Source of the DNA: Trueperaceae bacterium
GTDB lineage: Bacteria; Deinococcota; Deinococci; Deinococcales; Trueperaceae
DNA length: 64,000 nt
Assembly (NCBI GenBank): GCA_965213705.1
Contig: OZ243913.1
Location: 3,680,001 to 3,744,000 of the forward strand
Direction: 5' to 3'
The notes under the pieces were generated by a model that was given only the letters and a program-made list of their open reading frames with translations, had not been told where the DNA came from and ran no database searches. Within the stretch, counting starts at the first letter, position 1; every line of letters starts with the position of its first letter. Of the stretch, positions 55,795 through 64,000 are shown piece by piece. Made by a program: the position numbers and the translations under genes.

Positions 55795-57255
55795 GTGCGC
55801 GGACGTTTCGCTCCTTACGTGGTCGGCATGGGCTTGCTCGGGCTGGCCGTGGTCATGCTCTTTTTTTGCGTGTACGCGCTCGTCGTGGGCGAAGCCGCGG
55901 TCGGCTTCGCGGCGGCGGGACTCGCGGCGGGGACAACCGGGGCGCTGCTGGCGTGGCTGGGGTCCAAAGACGCCGAGCCGTCGCGGCGCGAGGCGATCGT
56001 CGGCGTGCTGCTGCTGTGGCTGAGCATCCCCGCCTTTGGCGCGGTGCCGTTCGCCGTGTCGGGCGGCATGAGCCCCTTGAACGCACTGTTCGAGTCGATG
56101 AGCGGCTTTACCACGACGGGCGCGACGGTGCTGCGGGACTTTTCCAGCTTCTCGAGCAGCCTGTTCATGTGGCGCGCGCTCAGCCAGTGGTTCGGCGGCG
56201 TGGGCATCATCGTTTTGTTTATCGCGGTGTTGCCGCAACTCGCCATCGCCGGGCGGCAACTGTTCTTTACCGAAGCGCCCGGCCCGACCGAGGAAAAACT
56301 CACGCCGCGCCTGCGCAACACCTCCAACGCCGTCTTGATGGTTTACGTCGGGCTGACCGTGTTGTGCGTCCTCGCCTACGCGCTGGCCGGAATGTCGTTT
56401 TACGACGCCCTGGCCCACGCCTTTACGACACTGGCGGCGGGCGGGTTCAGCCCACAACCTTTGAGTTTTCAGGGCTTTATGAGTCCTACCTTGGAGTGGA
56501 TTTCAATTGTCTTTATGACGTTTGCCGGGGCCAACTTCGCGCTGCTCTACCGCGCCGCCGCGGGCCGGCCCAGAACGCTGTGGCGCGACGCGGAGTTTAA
56601 AGCCTACTTGGGAATCGCCACCGTTGCGGCCCTCGCCATCGCCCTGGGTTTGTACGGTTCGTATAACCCCGCCGACGCGCTCAGACACGGCTTTTTCCAG
56701 TCGTTGAGCATCCTGACGACGACCGGCTACGCCTCGGCGGACTTTGCGGTTTGGTCTCGCGGCCCGCAAGTCGTCTTGCTGGTCCTGATGTTTATCGGCG
56801 GCAGCGCGGGCAGCGCGGGCGGCGGCATCAAAGTGGTGAGGTGGCTCATGCTCGTGCAAAACACCGTCCGCGAAGTGCGCCGCACCCTGCACCCGCGCGC
56901 CGTCTTGCCGGTCCGCGTCGGCAACCGCGTGGTGCCCGAAGAGGTGTTACGCGCAGTATCGGCCTTTATCACGCTCTACATCGGGCTGTTCGCGCTGACG
57001 ACCGTCGTGCTGACCGTTTTGGGGGCGGACTTCGTCACCGCGTTTACCGCGTCGATTGCCTGCATCGGCAACATCGGGCCGGGCTTGGCGGCGGTCGGCC
57101 CGATGGCGAGTTTTACCGACCTGCACCCCGTAAGCCGCGGGATGCTCGTTTTTGCGATGTACGCCGGGCGCTTGGAGGTGGTCACGGTATTCGTCGTGTT
57201 CGACCCGCAGTGGTGGCGGTTGCCGCGGGAATGGCACCTGGGGAGCGGCCGCTGA
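55795..57255 (+). CDS. trkH: Trk potassium uptake membrane subunit
   Basis: FESMSGFTTTGAT, QWFGGVGI, TTTGY, GSAGGGIK, GNIGPG, GRLE. Confidence 0.96.
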   Translation: MRGRFAPYVVGMGLLGLAVVMLFFCVYALVVGEAAVGFAAAGLAAGTTGALLAWLGSKDAEPSRREAIVGVLLLWLSIPAFGAVPFAVSGGMSPLNALFESMSGFTTTGATVLRDFSSFSSSLFMWRALSQWFGGVGIIVLFIAVLPQLAIAGRQLFFTEAPGPTEEKLTPRLRNTSNAVLMVYVGLTVLCVLAYALAGMSFYDALAHAFTTLAAGGFSPQPLSFQGFMSPTLEWISIVFMTFAGANFALLYRAAAGRPRTLWRDAEFKAYLGIATVAALAIALGLYGSYNPADALRHGFFQSLSILTTTGYASADFAVWSRGPQVVLLVLMFIGGSAGSAGGGIKVVRWLMLVQNTVREVRRTLHPRAVLPVRVGNRVVPEEVLRAVSAFITLYIGLFALTTVVLTVLGADFVTAFTASIACIGNIGPGLAAVGPMASFTDLHPVSRGMLVFAMYAGRLEVVTVFVVFDPQWWRLPREWHLGSGR

Positions 57256-57290
57256 CCCGGTGACGAGCCTTCGCTACAGAAAGACCCCGC

Positions 57291-59807
57291 CTACTGCTGC
57301 TCGAACTCGCGCAGGAACAGGTCTTGTTTGATGGACACGGCTCGAGGGGTCAAGGGCGGCAGTTGCGCGGCGTCGCGGAAGTCCAGGTCGAAGTCCCAGT
57401 CGCGCAAAGGCGGCCGGTAGTTGAGACCGCAGCAACCGCCTGAAGAGCGTTCAAACGCTCCGTCCGCCCGCACGGGAAAACGAAAAGCGACCAGCGAGCC
57501 GCGGTAGCGGTAGCGCACACCGCCGCCGACATATTCCCAGCTCTCTAAAAACCGGGGGAAGTTGTGCAGGCCGCCTTCGCCGTCTTTGCTCGAGCCCGCC
57601 ACGACGGCCACGTTCTGCTGCGTCATCGAGGGCCGACGCCCGTCAAGAGCCGCACGGCTGTTTTGGTCTTTCCAGGCGTCGGAAAGGATGTTGACGCTGT
57701 CGGCGATGACCGCCACCCCGCGCTTCAAGCCGTTGTTCACGATGTCAGCGTCGCGCAGCGAATTGCCGGATGCATCAGAAACTACTTGGTGGCAACGCCG
57801 TGGCGGCGGTTGCAGACTGGACACCGGGTTGCCGGAATCGTTCAGGTTGCCCGTGTTGGTCTGGTCGCGGGGAAGTCCTGCCAAGTCCGCGGGGTTGGCA
57901 AACGCTCGGCAGTTGAAATCCCCCTGGATGTACACCGCCTGGTCGCTGACAAACGTCACGCCGTTGGTCATTGAGAGGTCGGCGGCGTCGAAAAGCCGCA
58001 CGCCGTAGTTGTTGCCTTTATCCCGGTTGGACGTGGCGTTCATTGCGGGGGTGTGTCTGGCCCCGTCGACGGACAAGTAGACGACCAGACCGCCGTTGGG
58101 CGCGCTGACCCCAGGGTTGAACAGGCGCGCCGCCGGGGCCGCGTCCCGGTTGGCCTCCAAAAGCTGGCGCACGTTGACGTTGAGCAGCAACATCTCGCGG
58201 TTTTGGCGGTGGTGGTAAAACTCGCCTCGAGCCACGACGTATTTACAAACGTTGCTGAGGTTGTTGGGATTACTCGGGTTGGTGAAGAAAGCGTAGGTTT
58301 GTTCAGGGTTGAGGTTGTTGATTGAAAACGTGTCGATAAGTGCGTTGTTGGGATACAGGTATCCTTTCAGCCGCACGTCTTGGTGGTTGTGGGCGAGGTC
58401 GTTAGCACTCGCGTTGGCGTTGTAAGGACGCGGCAAGTCCGTAAAAGTTTGGCAGTAAGGCGGAATGACCCAGTTGAGGGGATCGCTGTTGGCAGTGGCG
58501 TAGCTTGTCGAGAGGTACTTGTTGGTGAGGTTGGCAGCGTTGTTGGCACCGTCGTTCGCCGGACTTTCCGTGCTGTTGGAATTGGGCCGACCGTTGTCGG
58601 TGCGACCGTTGCGGGGCAGATTAACCGTAATCATGCCGGGGTTGTCGATCATCAGGCTGTAAAGATTTCTCGTCGCTATCGTATCGACAGCTCCCCCGAT
58701 GTGATACACCTGAACCTCCGGTGCCCAGATGGTAACGACCGCGTTGTTGCAGCCGTTGCCGTTACCATTCCCGTTGCCGTTGCCGCAGTTGCCATTCCCG
58801 TTGCCATTGTTGCCGTTCCCGTTGCCGTTGCCGTTGTTGCCGTTCCCGTTACCCGCAGCGGGCACGACGAACCTGGGCTTGTCTCCCGCCCGCCCGGCCG
58901 CCGCGAACAGGTCGACGTAGCGGCCTTGGTTGAGTACGATTCTCAGTTCCGCGCGGTTCCAGTAAAAGCCGGGAACCGTAGCGCCGCTTGCTATTTTCCA
59001 CTCGAACGATTCCGGCGGGGGCACCGCGAGCGGTTGGTCCAGGTACTTCACCAGGCCCCCGAAGGGTGCCAGGTCGTTTTCACTCATTCTTTTGCACGTG
59101 CCCGGCGTTCCGAACTGCTTGTATGTCCCGTTTTGGCTCATAATACGAACCGGGCCGCTACCGCAGCCGTCGGTGTAACCCTGCCGGATGTCCGTCACTG
59201 CAGAAACCTGACCGTCTATCGACAGGGTGTTGCTGCTGGTGTTGGACGCCAGGTACAGACTTTTGTTCGAGTGCACCCGGCCGTGAATGGTCATGGACGG
59301 GCCTGGGTGAAACTCCATGTTTTCCTGGTGAAAACCGAGAAACTGAAACACCGGGATTTCGCGCGAGGTAATTTGCATGTCGAGTTGCGCTTCGGTATCG
59401 CCGGCCGAGCTTTTAGCCACCGAAGAGACGTTGTAGACGTTGTTGAGAGAAGCTAGGCCGTTGAAGTTGTCGTCGGGGTTGCTGATAACGGTGTAGACGT
59501 CCGCGCCGGCCGCCGCCATTTGACTTGCGGAGGTCGCCACGGTGCGGCCGTTGGAGAGCGCGTAACTTTTTTCGACCAGGTCGGTGGCACTCGGGCGGCT
59601 GTAGCCTTGGAATTTTTGCCTTATCTCTTCGGCGCGCAGGTTAAGCCCGGCTTCGGCCGCGTAGAAACCGCTCGCGCTGTCCGCCGTGGCGCGCGTGGTC
59701 TTGACTTCTGTAAGGGTGGTTGAAAAGTAGGCCGCCAACAGCGCCGTGAGCACCACGCCCATAATCAGCACCGTGACGAGGGCAAAACCTTGGTTGGACG
59801 TTTTCAT
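57291..59807 (-). CDS. Large PilX-like minor pilin / pilus tip protein
   Basis: Class III signal QG|FALVTVL lacking Glu5; FYAAEAG PilX N-terminal motif; about 750-aa C-terminal domain with GRVHSN, GGLHNFPRFLESW, PP.R.W.FD. AAGGAG spacing favours the second ATG (59807). Confidence 0.82.
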   Translation of the reverse strand: MKTSNQGFALVTVLIMGVVLTALLAAYFSTTLTEVKTTRATADSASGFYAAEAGLNLRAEEIRQKFQGYSRPSATDLVEKSYALSNGRTVATSASQMAAAGADVYTVISNPDDNFNGLASLNNVYNVSSVAKSSAGDTEAQLDMQITSREIPVFQFLGFHQENMEFHPGPSMTIHGRVHSNKSLYLASNTSSNTLSIDGQVSAVTDIRQGYTDGCGSGPVRIMSQNGTYKQFGTPGTCKRMSENDLAPFGGLVKYLDQPLAVPPPESFEWKIASGATVPGFYWNRAELRIVLNQGRYVDLFAAAGRAGDKPRFVVPAAGNGNGNNGNGNGNGNNGNGNGNCGNGNGNGNGNGCNNAVVTIWAPEVQVYHIGGAVDTIATRNLYSLMIDNPGMITVNLPRNGRTDNGRPNSNSTESPANDGANNAANLTNKYLSTSYATANSDPLNWVIPPYCQTFTDLPRPYNANASANDLAHNHQDVRLKGYLYPNNALIDTFSINNLNPEQTYAFFTNPSNPNNLSNVCKYVVARGEFYHHRQNREMLLLNVNVRQLLEANRDAAPAARLFNPGVSAPNGGLVVYLSVDGARHTPAMNATSNRDKGNNYGVRLFDAADLSMTNGVTFVSDQAVYIQGDFNCRAFANPADLAGLPRDQTNTGNLNDSGNPVSSLQPPPRRCHQVVSDASGNSLRDADIVNNGLKRGVAVIADSVNILSDAWKDQNSRAALDGRRPSMTQQNVAVVAGSSKDGEGGLHNFPRFLESWEYVGGGVRYRYRGSLVAFRFPVRADGAFERSSGGCCGLNYRPPLRDWDFDLDFRDAAQLPPLTPRAVSIKQDLFLREFEQQ
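58743..58853 (-). repeat. In-frame Gly-Asn repeat (37 codons)
   Basis: GNGNGNNGNGNGNGNNGNGNGNCGNGNGNGNGNGCNN. Confidence 0.95.
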
Positions 59808-59819
59808 GACCATACTCCT

Positions 59820-60746
59820 TTAACGGTTCAGCGCGTTGCGCGGAAAAAACTCGCCGGTGAGCGTGCGCTTCATATTTCTGCCGCTTACCTTCGCCGCCCC
59901 GGTCACCGATATTTCGAAGGCGGCTACTTGCGTCCAGTCGTCGTCAATTCCCAACGCAGTTACGGTAGGACCTGTCCTGAGCCGAGCTTTGATGTTGAAA
60001 GCCTCTACGCCGTAGACGAGCTTTTGGGGATTGTCCGTGTCACCGTCTATGACGACTTCTAAATACTCACCCCGTTTGCGGTAACGCCGCTCTTCCAACA
60101 GGTAAAGCCGGGGTTGTCCCTCGGCGGGCGTACCTAAAGGTGTGTCGTAGGTATTGTTCCAGTTGCCACTCGCACGGCTCAAAGAAAATCCGTTGGGGTT
60201 TTCGCTTTCATAGGTAAAAAATTCGCCAAGTTTGCTGGTCGGGTTATACAGGTAAGCGCGCGCTTTGTTGTTGGGTTGCGCCTCACGGTAGGTGCGCCAG
60301 CTCGAGAGTTGCGCTTTCAGCGACGTCCGCACCGTGCTGTTGCCCGTGTTGCATTCGGGATAAGGTGGGCTGTTGGCCTTACCGATAACGAGCGTGGTGG
60401 TACTCCCGCTGACAGCTGTGCAGAGCGTAGGTTGTACGCCCAAGCGGTTGCGCCGCACGACGAGTTCCGACCCCTCGCTGCCCGCAACAATCTCTACAGC
60501 CGGGAACACGTTGCCCGCCGAAGTCGGCAAGCGCTCGCCGGCCTCGCGGACGTCGGCACCTATCACGGTGAGCGCGTTGCGCAGGTTTTGGTTGACGGAC
60601 GTTCTCGCCTCGTCCAACTCGTAAATCTTACGGCTCGAGAGGGTCAGCGCCAGGGCCGACCCGACCACTATCATGCCGATAACCAGCGCGACGAGCACCT
60701 CGACGAGCGTGAAGCCGTTACCTGAGGTTTGTGTAGACGGTTTCAA
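59820..60746 (-). CDS. PilW-like minor pilin
   Basis: NG|FTLVEVLVAL; NLRNAL..I..DVREAG; TTG start after GAGG. Confidence 0.85.
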   Translation of the reverse strand: MKPSTQTSGNGFTLVEVLVALVIGMIVVGSALALTLSSRKIYELDEARTSVNQNLRNALTVIGADVREAGERLPTSAGNVFPAVEIVAGSEGSELVVRRNRLGVQPTLCTAVSGSTTTLVIGKANSPPYPECNTGNSTVRTSLKAQLSSWRTYREAQPNNKARAYLYNPTSKLGEFFTYESENPNGFSLSRASGNWNNTYDTPLGTPAEGQPRLYLLEERRYRKRGEYLEVVIDGDTDNPQKLVYGVEAFNIKARLRTGPTVTALGIDDDWTQVAAFEISVTGAAKVSGRNMKRTLTGEFFPRNALNR

Positions 60747-61104
60747 CCTCGTACACCTTCTTTCCGCTGACCTGAACTTCGACGGTGAGGTGGCGGCTGC
60801 TGCCCTGTTTGCAGTAAAGGGCGACAAGGCAGTAGTAGGTGGTCACCTTGTAAGAGCGGCCGTTTAGGAGGTTGGTCTCGGTGCTCGAGCCCGACATCGG
60901 CAGCGAGGCCATGTCGCCGCGGCGCAGGGTTTCGAAAGTCTGCTGCGCCAGCACGACTGCCTCGGAGCGCCGTTCGCTCTGGTCGTTGATGTTCAAGTTG
61001 CCGATAAAAGCGGGGATGACCCCGGCCATCAGCACGCCCAAAATGGCGACCGCGATAACCGCCTCTATCAAGCTGAAACCCTTGTTCGCCGTTGCGTTCG
61101 TCAT
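60718..61104 (-). CDS. PilV-like minor pilin
   Basis: KG|FSLIEAVIAVAIL; ATGA overlap with the upstream gene. Confidence 0.85.
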   Translation of the reverse strand: MTNATANKGFSLIEAVIAVAILGVLMAGVIPAFIGNLNINDQSERRSEAVVLAQQTFETLRRGDMASLPMSGSSTETNLLNGRSYKVTTYYCLVALYCKQGSSRHLTVEVQVSGKKVYEVETVYTNLR

Positions 61105-61583
61105 TGCACGACCCTGGCCGCGCCGCCCAAAAGCAGTTCGACCTCTCGAGTGCGCTCGCGGTCGTCCTCGAGCTTGAGCTTGATATAACTTGCCACAAGG
61201 CCACGGCTGTCGAAACAAACGGGTTGGGTAAGTGTGGTTGTGTAATAGCCCGTGACCTTCAAGGTGACTTTTTCGGGTAATTCGACCTGCAGTTTGGGGT
61301 CGCGTACCCAGGCGCTGTAACCGTCGCTGCACCGCTTGGCGCGCAACGCGTAAAGGCGAACCTGATTCGGCTTGCTGCCCGCCTCAGTCCACACGCGGTA
61401 CGCCGACGTCGTCGACATCGCTTTGGCCCGGGTCAGTTTCAAAAAACCCACGAGTTGCCCCGCCGCGCTGCCCGCGTCGTTGTTTAAGGGTTTCAAGTTG
61501 AGAGCGCCGATACCCATGACGACGCCGACGACGGCCATAGTTATCAACAGCTCAATAAGAGATAATCCTTTGGTTGTTTTCAC
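61101..61583 (-). CDS. FimT/GspH-like minor pilin
   Basis: AAGGAG RBS; KG|LSLIELLITMAV; L...RAKAM, CFDSRG. Confidence 0.85.
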   Translation of the reverse strand: MKTTKGLSLIELLITMAVVGVVMGIGALNLKPLNNDAGSAAGQLVGFLKLTRAKAMSTTSAYRVWTEAGSKPNQVRLYALRAKRCSDGYSAWVRDPKLQVELPEKVTLKVTGYYTTTLTQPVCFDSRGLVASYIKLKLEDDRERTREVELLLGGAARVVQ

Positions 61584-62081
61584 AACACTCCTTCGTCCAA
61601 CTAAGCGCAAGCCTAAACAATAGGTGCTTACAAAATTCTTACAGGTAGCTTTTCCACGTGACATTGAGACAAATCGGTTTTGAGCCGACCTCCCTTTTTA
61701 GGGGAGGTGGCCCTGTGGGGTCCGCTTCTGAACTTGTTGGTACGTCTCAGTCGCTCTTGGAACCGCTGAGGGAAGGGGTGAGGGCTCGAGCCGGTGGGAA
61801 GCGCGTTCCTGAAACGGAAGAACCAGCAGGGCCTCGAACTCAGACTTTTACTAGACCTCTTACCTAAGTCCAGTGGGTTGCGATGCGAGTCAGCTTTACG
61901 GTTGCTCAGTTGATACTGGTCAAGAGAAGTCTACTGAACGAGTTGCGTTCAAACCTACCGGTCTGATTTTAGAGGCGTGACCAAACAGGGGGCGGCGTCG
62001 GCTCACGAACCGCTCGAGCGACGCCTCTGTAAGTTTGGGCGCTTGCCCAGGCAGTGGCAACTGGACGGCCACCAAGGTCAC

Positions 62082-62108
62082 AAAAAAGAGCCTGGCTTCC
62101 CAGGCTCT
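62082..62108 (-). terminator. Terminator of the S8 peptidase gene
   Basis: GAGCCTGG-GAAG-CCAGGCTC plus T6 on minus strand. Confidence 0.85.
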
Positions 62109-62131
62109 CGGCTGTTCAAACGGAAAGCTTT

Positions 62132-63499
62132 TTAGTAACCGCTGGCGACCCGACCGGCACCGTAAAAGTCGTCGTTGCCGGGTTTGCCGAGGTCGGCGGC
62201 TCGAGCGCGCAGCTCACGCTCGAGTTGGGCCGGCTTCAGGCTGTCCGACCCCCCGTACTCGCTCAGGATGAGCGCTGCCACGCCCGCGGCGTGCGGCGCG
62301 GCCATGCTGGTGCCGATGCTCCAGTACCAGCCACCGTTGCCGGTGCTGAACACAAAGTCGAACACGTAACAGGGACGGGTAATGCCCGCTACCGTGCAAA
62401 GCTGACCCGACTCCAACAGGTCGAAGTCGACGTCGCCGCCGGGCGCGGCGACGTCGATAACCGACTGGCCGTAGTTGGTGTAGTAAGCGGGCGTGTCGAG
62501 GTCGGTGTCGGGGTTGACGCCCCAGCCTTCCGGACCGGTCGCCGAAACAGAGACGACGTGCGCGGAGTCCGAGGGCACGTGAACGAGGGCTTTGTCTTTG
62601 TCGCCGTCGTTGGCGTCGTTCCCCGCCGAAGCGATGACCAGGGTACCTTGCTGATAAGCGTAAGTGGTCGCGCGACTGACGGCGCGCAGCAGCTCGGACA
62701 CGTCGCGGGCGCTGACACAACCGTCCTCGTCGCAGTAGCCGTTTTTCACCAGCGTCCCGCCCAAGCTCATGTTGATGATGTCGGCGTCCTTGTCGGCGGC
62801 GTAGATGATGCCCGAGATGATGTCTTCAAAGCTGCCGGAGCCGGCGTCTCCCAAGACCTTCACCAGGATGAGTTCGGCTTCCGGGGCGACACCGATGGTA
62901 CCCAAACCGTTGTCTGCAGCGGCCACGGTACCCGCGGTATGTGAGCCGTGGCTGAAAGTGTCAGGCAGGCTGTAGCCGGCACCCTCACCCGTAAAGTCCA
63001 TCACGTCGACGATGTTGGGGGCGAGGTCGGGGTGGTCCAGGTCGAAACCGCCGTCCAGGACGGCGACCTTCACACCTTGACCCCGCACGCCCGCGTTCCA
63101 GGCCTCGGGCGCGTTGACGGCGTCGTGGCCCCACTGGAGGTCGAAGAAGAAGTCGTCGTCACCACTCGTGGGTGGGTTGGCGTAGTCGGCGCCTAAGACC
63201 TCTTCGACAGGGTCGAGCCACTGAATCGTCACGTCGCGCACCACGCTGCCATACCGCTTGTAGGCGTTCGGGTTTTTGGTGACGACGGCGGCAAACCCCG
63301 CCTGCGGCTCGAAGCTGCTCAAGCTGTCGCCGTTCTTTGCAACTGCCTTTGTGAAGTCTGCAGGTAAGGTTTGATTCGTCACCAGATATTTCTTGGCGGT
63401 GCCTTGGGTCTCGAGCGGTGCCGGACTCAAAGTGTTACAAGCCGCCAAAAAAACGCTCAGCAACGCGGCACCAAATAGACGCCCTATTCCACGCTTCAT
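62132..63499 (-). CDS. Subtilisin-like S8 serine peptidase, lipoprotein
   Basis: Lipobox LAAC; triad VAVLDGG, HGSHTAG, GTSMAAPH; SAGN; AAGGAG before ATG 63499. Confidence 0.95.
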   Translation of the reverse strand: MKRGIGRLFGAALLSVFLAACNTLSPAPLETQGTAKKYLVTNQTLPADFTKAVAKNGDSLSSFEPQAGFAAVVTKNPNAYKRYGSVVRDVTIQWLDPVEEVLGADYANPPTSGDDDFFFDLQWGHDAVNAPEAWNAGVRGQGVKVAVLDGGFDLDHPDLAPNIVDVMDFTGEGAGYSLPDTFSHGSHTAGTVAAADNGLGTIGVAPEAELILVKVLGDAGSGSFEDIISGIIYAADKDADIINMSLGGTLVKNGYCDEDGCVSARDVSELLRAVSRATTYAYQQGTLVIASAGNDANDGDKDKALVHVPSDSAHVVSVSATGPEGWGVNPDTDLDTPAYYTNYGQSVIDVAAPGGDVDFDLLESGQLCTVAGITRPCYVFDFVFSTGNGGWYWSIGTSMAAPHAAGVAALILSEYGGSDSLKPAQLERELRARAADLGKPGNDDFYGAGRVASGY

Positions 63500-64000
63500 T
63501 CTCACTCCTTGTCAAACCAAAAAGTAGTTCGTTGCGAACCGGAAACGCAGGGCTTTGCCGCTGTACCAAGCTTGTCGCTGCCAAAGCTCATGACTCGACA
63601 ACCGCCTGTTTTTCTCAGCTCTTTGAACCCGGTACAAAGTAACATTTCGCCTACAGAAAAAAAGGTAATTTGTCTTACGTCGAGCAAGTATTTTTAATGC
63701 TTTGCCTGACTTTGTAGAGCGACGCTCTCGGTGAACGTGTTCTGCCGCTCGAGGTTGTTGTGTAAAGTTGAAGTTGTGTAAACGAGTCAAGCTCACCGCT
63801 CGCTGACACAACACGAAACAAGAACCGTTCTCTTGAAGCCGACGCCCGGCGGCGCGACGGTTTTTCTGGCCCCGAGCAGCGCCTCCAGTGTACTTCCTGC
63901 TGTTTTGTCCAACATCGTCTAGCACTCTCGAGCTTTCCGCGTGGTAAATTAGTTCACGCACGTTCCTCACTTCGTTTTCAGCCCCTACTCAGCCTGGGTC

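Noticed and set aside
63512..63970. 152-aa minus-strand ORF upstream of the S8 peptidase
   Set aside because: Lower-GC intergenic-like composition, no motifs; more likely promoter or leader DNA.

Overview
GC-rich bacterial chromosomal window, most likely Deinococcota (Truepera-like). That assignment is inferred from pervasive leaderless TAnnnT-N5-9-start promoters, very frequent CTCGAG hexamers, tandem OmpH paralogues and gene content. It is mostly housekeeping: pfkA (partial), asd, rplY-pth, tRNA-Leu(TAA), pilD, modABC, rpsP-khpA-rimM-trmD, xth, ruvB, a sugar ABC transporter and trkAH. I see no transposase, integrase, prophage or CRISPR array. Main points of interest: (1) an eight-gene copper-acquisition-like operon (9425-15227) led by a His-rich, CxxC, C-terminal RAPP ORF resembling CruR/DUF2946 ribosome-arrest leaders, followed by three exported proteins with a mature N-terminal His, YtkA, CopD, a 4Fe-4S membrane protein and an embedded D,D-carboxypeptidase; (2) a four-gene minor-pilin cassette ending in a very large PilX-like protein with a Gly-Asn repeat; (3) a G/C-homopolymer palindromic element inserted in frame in acetoacetate-CoA ligase; (4) a structured leader upstream of modABC (Moco-riboswitch candidate); (5) a GNAT-ligase fusion lacking the catalytic His motif; (6) recurrent 14-15 bp tandem duplications. 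All calls come from reading the sequence by eye; no searches were run.
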